From Bacteriovoracia bacterium (GTDB lineage: Bacteria > Bdellovibrionota > UBA1018 > CAIPTA01), in assembly GCA_050246755.1 (NCBI GenBank), contig JBFWVL010000001.1, positions 32,001-96,000 of the forward strand: a stretch of 64,000 bases of DNA. The letters run 5' to 3'. The position numbers and the translations under genes are program-made. Below, piece after piece: positions 1 to 9,655 of the stretch. The notes under the pieces were generated by a model. That model did not search any database and was not told the origin of the DNA. It was given only the letters and a program-made list of their open reading frames with translations. Numbering within the stretch: position 1 is the stretch's first letter; every line of letters starts with the position of its first letter.

Positions 1-5
1 TATCA

Positions 6-518
6 CTATGGCCGCTTCTTTTTCTTGGAGCATTGAGCAATCTCTAAAACCTCGTCCATGCTCTTTCCTTGAGAATATGCTTCGATTGCAGAAATTCTAC
101 AGCGAATATAAGACGACTCGCCTTTAATACGATCTGGATAAGGCAATATACCGAAAGATCCACTTTCAACGTTGGCCAAGTTTCCCGAAGAGTTCATGAG
201 GAACATTATAAGAAACGAGCCTACATTTTCTATGCTCGAAGGTGCATCCTTTTTATTTCCATTACGCTTGCTATGAAAGTAGGCAAAGCGTTGATTGTTT
301 TTTTCTCCCTTAAAACTTCTAACTACCTCAAACTCTACACGCGTATCTGCTCCATTCCCATTTACAGAAGGTAGCCTTTCTACTTGCTTTACCTTTCCAA
401 CAAAAATATTGTCGGATTTTTCGAGACTATCTTTAAGAGACATAACCGGTACTTCGCCCGTTGTGGCAAAAGCGAGACTGGAAACTATTAATAAAAGGCC
501 TACGCCCACTTTAGTCAC
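6..518 (-). CDS. Secreted TIMP-like OB-fold protein (array copy T5)
   Basis: Signal peptide, then SLKDSLEKSDNIFVGKV motif. Close paralog of 518..1036; GTG start overlaps the upstream stop (TAGTG). Confidence 0.75.
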   Translation of the reverse strand: MTKVGVGLLLIVSSLAFATTGEVPVMSLKDSLEKSDNIFVGKVKQVERLPSVNGNGADTRVEFEVVRSFKGEKNNQRFAYFHSKRNGNKKDAPSSIENVGSFLIMFLMNSSGNLANVESGSFGILPYPDRIKGESSYIRCRISAIEAYSQGKSMDEVLEIAQCSKKKKRP

Positions 519-1036
519 TACGGCCGCTTCTTCTTTTTGTAACAGTAGGAAATCTCTAAAACCTCATCCATGCTTTTTTTCTGTGAATACGCCTCTAATG
601 CCGAGATGGCACATCGCAGAGAGCTACTAAATTCTCCAGCAGCATCAGGGAAAGGTGGAATAAGAGTTGAACCGCTCTCGGTATTTACACGCCCCCCTAA
701 AGATCCATTAGTGAAAATAATAAAGAAAGATCCAACATTCTCAATTGAAACGGGAGCATCCTTTTCATTGCCACTACGGGTACTATAAAAATATACGACC
801 TGTGGGTTTTTCTTTTTTCCCTTGAAGCTTTTAATCACTTCGATCTCGGCGCGCATATCCGAACCATCTGCTTTTAGCGAAGACAATTTCTCGACTTTCT
901 TTACTTTGCCAATAAAGATGTCGTCGGACTTCTCAAGCCTGTCTTTAAGGGGCATCACCGGAATTTCTCCCGTTGTGGCAAGAGCCAAACCAGAGAAAAT
1001 CAATGAAATGCAAAGAAATACCGTTATTCTACCCAT
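518..1036 (-). CDS. Secreted TIMP-like OB-fold protein (array copy T4)
   Basis: Signal peptide, PLKDRLEKSDDIFIGKV motif and C-terminal Cys pair; tandem paralog of 6..518. Confidence 0.75.
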   Translation of the reverse strand: MGRITVFLCISLIFSGLALATTGEIPVMPLKDRLEKSDDIFIGKVKKVEKLSSLKADGSDMRAEIEVIKSFKGKKKNPQVVYFYSTRSGNEKDAPVSIENVGSFFIIFTNGSLGGRVNTESGSTLIPPFPDAAGEFSSSLRCAISALEAYSQKKSMDEVLEISYCYKKKKRP

Positions 1037-1593
1037 ACTGGAATCTCCATAAAGGTTCCTACTTCACGCTGCAACGAAACAAGCTTTTCATTCAGCAACT
1101 GAATTCTATTAATTGTATCCGCGATCAAAGCGTTAAGTCGCTCTATTTCTTCCGGATCAGTCTCTAATTTTAGCTGCCGTTCGTAAGCATTTTTCCTAGC
1201 TTCTTCTTCGTTAATGGCCGCCGTAAACCCACTTGCCGCACGTTTATTCCGAATATACGTGTGAGCACGCCAATTATGTATGCCCGGGCTTAAGCGTATA
1301 GAGTTTGCTCGCCACCGACTACCGGGTGCGTCTTCTAACGTCTTTTGCGACTGACCGTCAAGCTTAAGGGAAACAACGAATTCAAGCTCTTGGTTCTCAG
1401 GAAAATTAATTGCGTGCGCAACGAGTTGCGATCGTTCACCCGTTGCATAAGAATATTTATCCAGAGCGACTTCAATAAAAGCATTTCGCGGATTTGGAAT
1501 TATTTCCATCAAGGCTTGCCGTTTCGCTAAAACAGAATCGATTACTTGAAGCACGGCTTCTCTAGTAAATTCCAGCGGCGTAGTCGGTTGATG
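1024..1593 (-). pseudogene. 5'-truncated paralog (X3) of the 4095..5051 protein
   Basis: Shares DK/NK-x-Y/F-x-x-GER, G-x-H-x-W and ETDP-x-EI with 4095..5051. Similarity (PLEFTREAVL vs PLEYEQEQVL) runs upstream to the IS remnant junction near 1594. Confidence 0.65.
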
Positions 1594-1723
1594 TGGTGCT
1601 CACAATTTACTCTTCGGTGAATCTTTTGCGCTTCATATCTTGCCTTTCTTTTTTTCAAGAAAAGAAGACTTTGTCACGCCGCTTCGAACATTTACTTTGG
1701 TACAGTTTCACCCACCAACGTCA
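1594..1723 (-). mobile_element. Vestigial left end of an IS3-family (IS407-group) element
   Basis: IR TGACGTTGGTGGGTGAAACTGTACCAAA resembles the intact IS end at 3535. It is followed by a broken orfA start, MKRKRFTEE*IVST. Confidence 0.65.
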
Positions 1724-1743
1724 AATGGAGCTAAAAATTTCAT
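1724..1743 (-). pseudogene. First codons (MKFLAP) of a further T paralog (T3), interrupted by the IS remnant
   Basis: ATGAAATTTTTAGCTCCA is identical to the start of 1776..2234 and abuts the IS IR. Confidence 0.6.
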
Positions 1744-1775
1744 TCATTATTCTTAAGTGACCGATAAACTAACGG

Positions 1776-2234
1776 CTATGGCTTAATGCTTTTCAGCTTT
1801 TTAAGTTCTTCCCCGACATCACTAAATTTAATATTCCCACCGCCCATCGCTTGAGAAGTATAATTCCTATTGTTCAATTTTTTTGCATAGAAAAGAATTT
1901 CAGACTTATTCTTTGCTGCTCCTCGCATGCTATTGCCAGTATCGGGATTACAAACATCAAAAGAATCTTTAGGCTTACGATAGAAAACATCAACCATACT
2001 GCCTGACTTGCCTTTGCCTTTTAAAATAATCGTGACTTTTACTTTAACTTTTCTACTAAACTCAGGGGTCTTATCTGTTGTGTCTACATCTTCGGTAGGA
2101 ACGCCCACAAAAATAAAATCGGCGCTTTTAAAGCGCTCTTCAAGAGTGGGCATAGGAAATGTGCAAGTTAATCCAAATGCAGTGTTAGAAAAAACCAGCC
2201 AAATCGCACAAATTAGTGGAGCTAAAAATTTCAT
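1776..2234 (-). CDS. Secreted TIMP-like OB-fold protein (array copy T2)
   Basis: Signal peptide then LTCTFPMPTLEERFKSADFIFVG, the typical bacterial TIMP-like N-terminus; second Cys in DVC. Confidence 0.75.
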   Translation of the reverse strand: MKFLAPLICAIWLVFSNTAFGLTCTFPMPTLEERFKSADFIFVGVPTEDVDTTDKTPEFSRKVKVKVTIILKGKGKSGSMVDVFYRKPKDSFDVCNPDTGNSMRGAAKNKSEILFYAKKLNNRNYTSQAMGGGNIKFSDVGEELKKLKSIKP

Positions 2235-2247
2235 TCGTTGTTCCCTG

Positions 2248-2299
2248 CTAGTTTACGATTAAATCGACATTAATAAGACTACCAACAACAGTGCGATTT
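2248..2299 (-). pseudogene. C-terminal remnant (X2) of another X paralog, truncated by the IS
   Basis: Reads NRTVVGSLINVDLIVN*, compared with GRTLVSVEAINQIFVN* (X1) and QREVGTFMEIPVWVE* (X3). Lies directly upstream of a T gene. Confidence 0.5.
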
Positions 2300-2347
2300 T
2301 GACCGGCTCCCCAAAACTCTACCAAAACCAATGTTAGTTTTCGGGCC

Positions 2348-3190
2348 TCAAACAGCCTTCTTCTGGGATATTTTTTCCAACCACTCCGCCGGCGCAAGAT
2401 TTCCTAGCGAACGATGTGGCCTCCAATTATTGTATTCGATTCTCCAATTTTCGATAACCTCTTTTGCCTCGTCTAAACTTAAAAACGTATTTGCGTTTAA
2501 GCATTCATCCCGAAGCCTTCCGTTAAAGCTGTCGATAAATGCGTTTTCCGTCGGCTTACCAGGTCGGATGAAGTGGATTTTCACGCTATTTTCAAATGCC
2601 CAGCGGTCTAATTCCTTTGAGGCGAACTCCGTTCCGTTATCCACAATCAGCGTCGCGGGCTTCGATCCTAGCTTCGCCAGAGCCGACAACACTTCCGTTA
2701 CTGCGCTCGAAGTCCACCCAGCCCTCGCCTCGAGCCGGGGGCTAACTCTGCTAAAGCTATCTACTATCGTTAAAATCCGAAATTTCTTTCCATCAATTGT
2801 CTGATCATGCACAAAGTCCATGCTCCAGCATTCGTTTGGAGCTGTTGGTTGTTCGGGTTTCACGCGCTTTGCTGCAGAGATTTTCTTGCGGCGCTTAGTC
2901 TTCACGCAGAGGCCTTCTTCTTTATATAGCCTTCGAAGTCTTTTTAAATTCATTTTGATGCCTTGCCTTGCCATCAGCACATGAATTCTCCGATATCCGT
3001 ATCTTGGACGTGCTTCTGCTAAATCTCGTATCTTGATTTTTAGATCCGACTCATCTTTTCTTACCGACCGATAGCGGTGGCCTGAGCGATCTATTTGCGC
3101 GAGCCCGCAGGCGCGCCTTTGGCTCGTATTAAAGGCATGGAGAAGGAATTCAACTATCTTTCTCCTCTTAGCGGGCGTTAGAACTTTTTT
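2348..3190 (-). CDS. IS3 transposase OrfB (DDE), expressed by -1 frameshift
   Basis: WSMDF, IVDSFSR, DNGTEF, PGKPTENAFIDSFNGRLRDECLN and YNxxRPHxSLG motifs. Confidence 0.9.
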   Translation of the reverse strand, partial: KKVLTPAKRRKIVEFLLHAFNTSQRRACGLAQIDRSGHRYRSVRKDESDLKIKIRDLAEARPRYGYRRIHVLMARQGIKMNLKRLRRLYKEEGLCVKTKRRKKISAAKRVKPEQPTAPNECWSMDFVHDQTIDGKKFRILTIVDSFSRVSPRLEARAGWTSSAVTEVLSALAKLGSKPATLIVDNGTEFASKELDRWAFENSVKIHFIRPGKPTENAFIDSFNGRLRDECLNANTFLSLDEAKEVIENWRIEYNNWRPHRSLGNLAPAEWLEKISQKKAV

Positions 3191-3444
3191 CTCAAGACCT
3201 CTTGAAGCATCTGCTTGTCGAGCATTAGATCTGCCACGATCGCTTTTAATTTTCGGTTCTCTTCTTCCACCTGGCGCATGCGCCGAAGCTCGGAAACATC
3301 CATCCCATGAAATTTCTTCTTCCAGCGATGAAAAGTGACTTCCGTAATTCCTAGCTTGCGACAAACCTCTTTGATCGGAGTACCTGACTCCGCTTCGCGA
3401 AGCGTCCGCACGATCTGCTCTTCCGAAAAATTCTTTCTGGGCAT
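3178..3444 (-). CDS. IS3 transposase OrfA (HTH plus leucine zipper)
   Basis: FSEEQIV...VCRKLGI...TFHRWKKKF...EEENRKLK. Confidence 0.92.
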   Translation of the reverse strand: MPRKNFSEEQIVRTLREAESGTPIKEVCRKLGITEVTFHRWKKKFHGMDVSELRRMRQVEEENRKLKAIVADLMLDKQMLQEVLRKKF

Positions 3445-3562
3445 TCATTCCTCCTCCTTTTTTCGTATCAGGAGAAGGCCGCTTGGAGCGCCGCTTCTTA
3501 CATGAATTTTGGCTTAGTTTCTGGGGCTACCGTCAAAATTTGTTATACTCTCATCGGTTTAG

Positions 3563-4105
3563 TTATAGGCGAAGCAAACCGGGAATTGATTCTAGGCAAG
3601 CCCTTTTTTCGCTACTCTTCATTTTTTCGCATTCTTTTTTCCGCTCTTCCGCTTGGCGCTTTCTAACTTCTATAAACCGCCGACCAAGCTCCTCGTCCGT
3701 ACCTGGCGTTTTTGTTACTTCATCAAAAATTTCAATATCTCTTACAGCATCAATAACGGGTAACGGGAAACTTTGTCGGTACGGTTCACTCTTCCCTCTA
3801 ATGGAAAATAAGTAGTCTTTTCCTATCTCTGGAATAAACTTAGGACCTCGATTTCTCACATAAACCGTGAGTTGAATACCCGGCTCACCCCGATAGACTT
3901 TGCCTACCCTTACGGTGACCTTGTGATCCCTCTCATATGCATCAAATTTACTTAAATCTAAAGAATCAACTCGCCCCACAAAAACAAATGTACTCTTTAA
4001 AAAATCTTTCCCTGTTCCAGGAATCTCTTCAGCCTTCGCCCAAATTGGGCTAGAAGAACTCACGATAAGAAATATGAATAGGGAAAAAACCGACTTAGTT
4101 AACAA
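3563..4105 (-). CDS. Secreted TIMP-like OB-fold protein (array copy T1)
   Basis: Signal peptide, FLKSTFVFVGRV motif, GKDYLF and C-terminal Cys pair. Probable TTG start at 4105; the ORF is open to 4150. Confidence 0.65.
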   Translation of the reverse strand: MLTKSVFSLFIFLIVSSSSPIWAKAEEIPGTGKDFLKSTFVFVGRVDSLDLSKFDAYERDHKVTVRVGKVYRGEPGIQLTVYVRNRGPKFIPEIGKDYLFSIRGKSEPYRQSFPLPVIDAVRDIEIFDEVTKTPGTDEELGRRFIEVRKRQAEERKKECEKMKSSEKRACLESIPGLLRL

Positions 4106-5051
4106 AAATTTGATTAATTGCTTCGACGGATACAAGAGTCCTCCCAGCATTCAGTTGAATTTTTAGATCTTGAATTCTATTTAAAAGCATTATGTTCCTA
4201 TCAGTAATTATACCAATTTCTTGAGGATCTGTCTCGCGCTCCAGTCTCTTATTATTTGCCAGCACTTCGCCCTCAGATGCCACTATTCCTTGTTCTATAC
4301 TTTTTGCCCATCTGGAATTTTGCACATAGGCGCGAACTTCCCAAATATGGCTTCCCAGCGAAAGTGGAATACTTTTAGCCCCATAAATCCCAGAACTAAC
4401 CGCTTCAATTTTTAGGGGCGATCCATCAAAGTATGATTCCAAAAAATATTCTTGCTCCGGATTAGTCAAACTAGAAAGTACTCGCGCGCTTAAGTTTACC
4501 CTCTCTCCAACAGAAAAATTTTGCTTATTTGCAGAAAGACCGAATAATTTTTTTCTTTGATTTAGCAAAATTCCGGCAAGAACGGCCTTTATTTCACCGA
4601 GATTAAATTCAGATAAAACTTGTTCTTGCTCGTACTCTAAAGGCTCTATTTTAGAAGTTTGAACTGTATTATTCCGGATATATTTTTTGAGCTCATTTAG
4701 TTGCTTATAAGCAACGTCCCACTGATTCTTATCAAGATTTTGTTTGGCTAAATCAAGATTTGCGAGCATCGTCTCACGTCGCGCAGGTCCATTATTCGTA
4801 AACGCACGCTCAGGAAGATTTTTAATAGCAGTACGAAGAATCCGATAAATTACTGACTCTGAGTAAACTTTTATACCATTTTTAAATATCTGAAACCGTA
4901 CAATGCTTGGATCGTCAATCACCTGAACGGCAAAAGGTATCTCTTCACTACTCGCTAAACGATCCTCAGATAGGAACACAAAATAAACTAATCCGGCAAT
5001 ATCTTTTTTGGAGGCTAAAAGAGATTTAATATTCGTCCGAACTGGCTGCAT
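4095..5051 (-). CDS. Protein X1: helical domain plus Ig/MG2-like domain with a helical hairpin; 5' end apparently decayed
   Basis: 318-aa ORF, paralog of 1024..1593. In-frame upstream sequence FFGIFLAALVA looks like a signal peptide but is cut by a stop beside a T7 run. Confidence 0.6.
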   Translation of the reverse strand: MQPVRTNIKSLLASKKDIAGLVYFVFLSEDRLASSEEIPFAVQVIDDPSIVRFQIFKNGIKVYSESVIYRILRTAIKNLPERAFTNNGPARRETMLANLDLAKQNLDKNQWDVAYKQLNELKKYIRNNTVQTSKIEPLEYEQEQVLSEFNLGEIKAVLAGILLNQRKKLFGLSANKQNFSVGERVNLSARVLSSLTNPEQEYFLESYFDGSPLKIEAVSSGIYGAKSIPLSLGSHIWEVRAYVQNSRWAKSIEQGIVASEGEVLANNKRLERETDPQEIGIITDRNIMLLNRIQDLKIQLNAGRTLVSVEAINQIFVN

Positions 5052-5265
5052 TGCAACTAATGCGGCGAGAAATATACCGAAAAAAATTTACTTTTTTTCC
5101 CGTGAGAAATGATGATTTCTCGCTAGGCAGAGTGGCTGGTGTTTTTTCTAAAGAAACGAAGAAAAGACCGCACGCATTAAACTCGATGCGGCGCAATTTT
5201 TCTTACACGGTGGAAGGCGGCGGTCTCCGGTCTTTTGCTCGCGTTCGAATTTCAGCGAACCGAGT

Positions 5266-5649
5266 CTCAGAAATCCCCAAATCTCCAAAGTTGAGGAGAG
5301 CGACGAAGGATTTGGGGATTTTCGGATTTCTGAGTGGTGCTCACAGAGGGACTCGCCCCACTACAGTCGAGTCTCCTGACTCTCCTTGCGTGGGCTCCCC
5401 TACGTCGCTAAGAAAAGCCTCCTGCTTTTCTTCCCCGCGCTAAATCGCCTTGCGATTCAGCGCAGGTCGCTCCTCCGCGTTCGAGTCCCGAAAATACCAA
5501 GTCTCAAACGAATAGAATTGCCCAAAGTCGAGGCGACGAGAGAGCGCAGCCGTGAGACGGGCTACTGCCCGTCGGAACGGGGCGCGAGCGAAGGCAACGA
5601 TGGATTTGGGCAATTCTATTCGTTTGAGTGGTGCTCACAGAGGGACTCG
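5266..5649 (-). repeat. tRNA-linked tandem repeat units with long hairpins and a duplicated tRNA 3' end
   Basis: 25-bp direct repeat TGAGTGGTGCTCACAGAGGGACTCG at 5331-5355 and 5625-5649. Perfect 24-bp IR at 5503-5526/5605-5628 and a related IR at 5266-5334. Confidence 0.8.
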
Positions 5650-5713
5650 AACCCCCACACCTTGCGGCACTAGCTCCTAAGGCTAGCGTGTCTACCAATT
5701 CCACCATGTGAGC
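5629..5713 (-). tRNA. tRNA-Leu (anticodon TAG)
   Basis: GCTCACA acceptor stem, D-loop TTGGTAGAC, anticodon arm CTAGC-CTTAGGA-GCTAG, long variable arm, GGTTCGAGTCC, encoded CCA. Confidence 0.97.
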
Positions 5714-5726
5714 AAACAGAAAATAG

Positions 5727-6742
5727 TTATAGCGTGCCGAGCTCTTTCGCCACCAAATGAGAATAGTGGCAAGCCGCGTAGTGGTTGCTTACTTTCTCCT
5801 CGAGGCGTGGAACGTCGGTTTTGCAATTTTCGCGGGCCATCGGGCAGCGCGGATGGAACGGGCATCCGGGCGGCACGTTGATGGGGCTCGGCACATCGCC
5901 CTGGAGCAGGATGCGCTGGGGGCGGCCCTTGGGATCCGGCATGGGGATCGCGGAAAAGAGCGCGCGGGTATAAGGATGCTTGGGATCTTTGTAAAGGTCC
6001 GCGGCGGTGGCGATCTCCACCACTTTGCCCAAATACATCACGGCCACCCGGGTAGAGATATGCTCCACCACTTTGAGGTCGTGGGCGATGAAGAGGTAGG
6101 TAAGCTTCAGCTCCTTCTGCAAATCCTGCAGGAGGTTGATGATCTGGGCCTGAATGGAAACGTCGAGCGCGGAAACGGGCTCGTCGCACACGATGAATTC
6201 GGGCTCCACGGCGAGGGCGCGCGCGATGCAGATGCGCTGGCGCTGGCCGCCGGAGAATTCATGGGGGTAGCGGTTCACGGCTTCGGCGCGGAGGCCGCAG
6301 AGCTCGAGGAGCTTCAGCACGCGCTTATTCACTTCGGCGCCTTTGGCGAGGCCGTGGATCTTGATGGGCTCGGCGATGATATTACCCACCGTCATGCGCG
6401 GGTTCAGCGAGGCGAAGGGATCCTGGAAAATGATCTGCATCTTGCGGCGGATGAGGCGGAGCTCTTCGGCGCCAAAACCGAGCACGTTTTGCCCGTTGAA
6501 GTAAACGTCGCCCGAGGTGGGCTCGATGAGGCGGAGGATGCAGCGGCCGAGGGTGGATTTCCCGCAGCCGGATTCGCCCACGAGGCCGAGGGTTTCCCCG
6601 CGCTTGATGGCGAAGCTCACGCCCTGGATGGCTTGCACGGCGGCCACTTCACGGCCGAGGAGCCCGCCCTTGATGGGGAACTTCTTGACCAAATTATTTA
6701 CCACGAGGAGGCCGTCGTTTGGATTCACGATGGTTGGCTGCA

Positions 6743-6743
<1 letters not shown>
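5727..6743 (-). CDS. oppF: Oligopeptide/dipeptide ABC transporter ATP-binding protein
   Basis: [25 protein letters not shown] and C-terminal GCPFHPRC. Confidence 0.93.
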
Positions 6744-7759
<1,016 letters not shown>

Positions 7760-7776
7760 ACGTCTATTTTCCTGGC

Positions 7777-8703
7777 CTACTTCAACTTTGGATCCAGGGC
7801 ATCGCGGAGAGCATCGATGAGGATGTTCAGCGCCAATACCACGATCAGCATGGCGCCCGAGGCGGCGGCTAGCTGCCACCAAACGCCCCGCGCAAGCTCC
7901 AGCTTCGCTTCGTCAATCATCGTACCCCAGCTCGGCACGCCCTGCACGCCCATGCCCAAATACGAGAGAATTACTTCCGTTTTGATGGCGGCCACGAACA
8001 GGAAAGAGAAGTTGATGATGATCAAGTGGCTCACGTTGGGAAGGATATGGATGAAAATCCGGCGGGAATTGCCGGCGCCGAGGCTGCGCGCCGCCTGCAC
8101 GTATTCCCGTTCTTTATGCTTCATGAACTCGCCCCGGATCAAGCGGCATACGCCCGGCCAGCTAGTGGTGCCGAGCACAAGGCAGATAATGGCGAGCCCC
8201 TTCCCCAATACGAAGGACATCGAGAGGATGAGGAGGATCGAAGGGATATTGGAAATCGTGGTGTAGAACCAGGTAATGAGCTCGTCCACCCATTTTCCAA
8301 AGTAGCCGGCCAGGGCGCCGAGACTGACCCCGATCGGAATCGAAATCAGGGCCGAAGCGAAACCTACCGTCATGGAAATATAGCAGCCGTATACGGTCTT
8401 GAGCAGAACGGAGCGGCCGAAGATATCGGCGCCGAACCAAAGCTCCCAGCGCTCGAGGCTCGGTGGCTGGTATTCTATGCCGACGGTCTGGCCCCACTTC
8501 GTGGCAATCAAATTCAACGCCACCAAAATAGCCACCACGGCGTAGAAGATAACGATCCCGAGGCAAACCATGGCGAGCCGGTCGCGGCGCATGCGCATCC
8601 AGGCGTCGGCCCATAGGGAACGTCCCTTCGCCACCTTCGGGCGCGGCATCTCCAGCGGGGTGCCGAGGGTATGAGTCTGAATAGAGGGTTCGATCTTGCT
8701 CAT
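7777..8703 (-). CDS. oppC: Oligopeptide ABC transporter permease
   Basis: [19 protein letters not shown] loop and LRDALDPK terminus. Confidence 0.92.
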   Translation of the reverse strand: MSKIEPSIQTHTLGTPLEMPRPKVAKGRSLWADAWMRMRRDRLAMVCLGIVIFYAVVAILVALNLIATKWGQTVGIEYQPPSLERWELWFGADIFGRSVLLKTVYGCYISMTVGFASALISIPIGVSLGALAGYFGKWVDELITWFYTTISNIPSILLILSMSFVLGKGLAIICLVLGTTSWPGVCRLIRGEFMKHKEREYVQAARSLGAGNSRRIFIHILPNVSHLIIINFSFLFVAAIKTEVILSYLGMGVQGVPSWGTMIDEAKLELARGVWWQLAAASGAMLIVVLALNILIDALRDALDPKLK

Positions 8704-8713
8704 AGTAAGCGCC

Positions 8714-9649
8714 CTAGCCCAGCGAAACCCGTGGATCCACTAAGGAGTAGAGGATATCGGTCAGGAGGTTAAACACCATATACAACAAAGAGAAGATCAC
8801 CACGTTGGCCTTGATCACCGGAAAATCGGCGTTGTTTAGGGCGTCGATGAGCTGGAAGCCCATGCCGGGGATCGCAAAAAAACTTTCGATGATCAGGGAG
8901 CCGACGATCAGGAAAGGAATCTCGATCACGATGTTCGTGATGATCGGGATCATGGCGTTCTTGAGCACGTGCTTGAACATCACCACGCGTTCGCTGAGTC
9001 CCTTGGCGCGGGCGGTGCGGATATAATCCTGGCTAATTTCGTCGAGCATCACGGTGCGGTAGAAGCGAAGCTCGTTCCCGATCGTGAGGAAGAGCAAAAT
9101 AATCACGGGCAGCGCGATATAGGTGACCACTTCGGGGAAACCGAAAGAAAAGCCGGATATGGGAAATAATTCCCATTTATAGGCCAGGTAGTACTGGCCG
9201 AAAAGCACGTAGGCCAGCGAGGGCACCGAGATCAGCAGCACGCTCGCCACCACGAGGCCACGGTCCACCCAGGTGCCGCGCCAGAAGGCCACGAAGAGCG
9301 ACATCGAGATCGCCAGGCAGATCGAGATCACGAACGCGGGCATGGCCACCACGAAGGACACCGGCGCGGCTTCGCGGATCATCTGAAATACTTCGCGCTT
9401 GGACGAATAAGAGCGGCCGAAATCGAAATGGATGATCTGGTTCACGAACTCGAGGTACTGGCGCCAGAGCGGCTGATCGAGGCCTAGCTCATGGCGGAGG
9501 CTTGCGATGGATTCCGGCGTGGCGTGCTTGCCCACCATCAGCAGCACGGGATCGCCCCCCGCCACGTTAAACAGCAGAAAGGTAACGAGCGTGATCCCGA
9601 AAAGAATCGGGATCATGTAGATCACACGGCGAACAATGTAGCTCAGCAT
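8714..9649 (-). CDS. oppB: Oligopeptide ABC transporter permease
   Basis: GLDQPLWRQY, DYIRTARAKGL and VDPRV terminus. Confidence 0.92.
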   Translation of the reverse strand: MLSYIVRRVIYMIPILFGITLVTFLLFNVAGGDPVLLMVGKHATPESIASLRHELGLDQPLWRQYLEFVNQIIHFDFGRSYSSKREVFQMIREAAPVSFVVAMPAFVISICLAISMSLFVAFWRGTWVDRGLVVASVLLISVPSLAYVLFGQYYLAYKWELFPISGFSFGFPEVVTYIALPVIILLFLTIGNELRFYRTVMLDEISQDYIRTARAKGLSERVVMFKHVLKNAMIPIITNIVIEIPFLIVGSLIIESFFAIPGMGFQLIDALNNADFPVIKANVVIFSLLYMVFNLLTDILYSLVDPRVSLG

Positions 9650-9655
9650 AGAAGC

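Larger units (their letters stand above)
2300..3535 (-). mobile_element. IS3-family insertion sequence, IS407 group (1236 bp)
   Basis: TG...CA ends with imperfect IRs (TGACCGGCTCCCCAAAAC / TGACGGTAGCCCCAGAAAC); orfA plus orfB; A6G slippery site at 3184-3190; no target duplication visible. Confidence 0.92.

Noticed and set aside
3191-3448. N-terminal 80+ aa of the 2348..3448 ORF as a real OrfB start
   Set aside because: It is the alternate frame of orfA; the A6G frameshift site explains OrfAB.
5266-5649. Possible CRISPR array
   Set aside because: Only two repeats 294 bp apart, derived from the tRNA, and no cas genes in the window.
1-5700. Prophage or ICE at tRNA-Leu
   Set aside because: No integrase, phage structural or conjugation genes are visible; one could lie outside the window.
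5051-5707. ORFs 5051..5443, 5386..5673 and 5504..5707
   Set aside because: They overlap the tRNA and its hairpin repeats and have no protein-like features.
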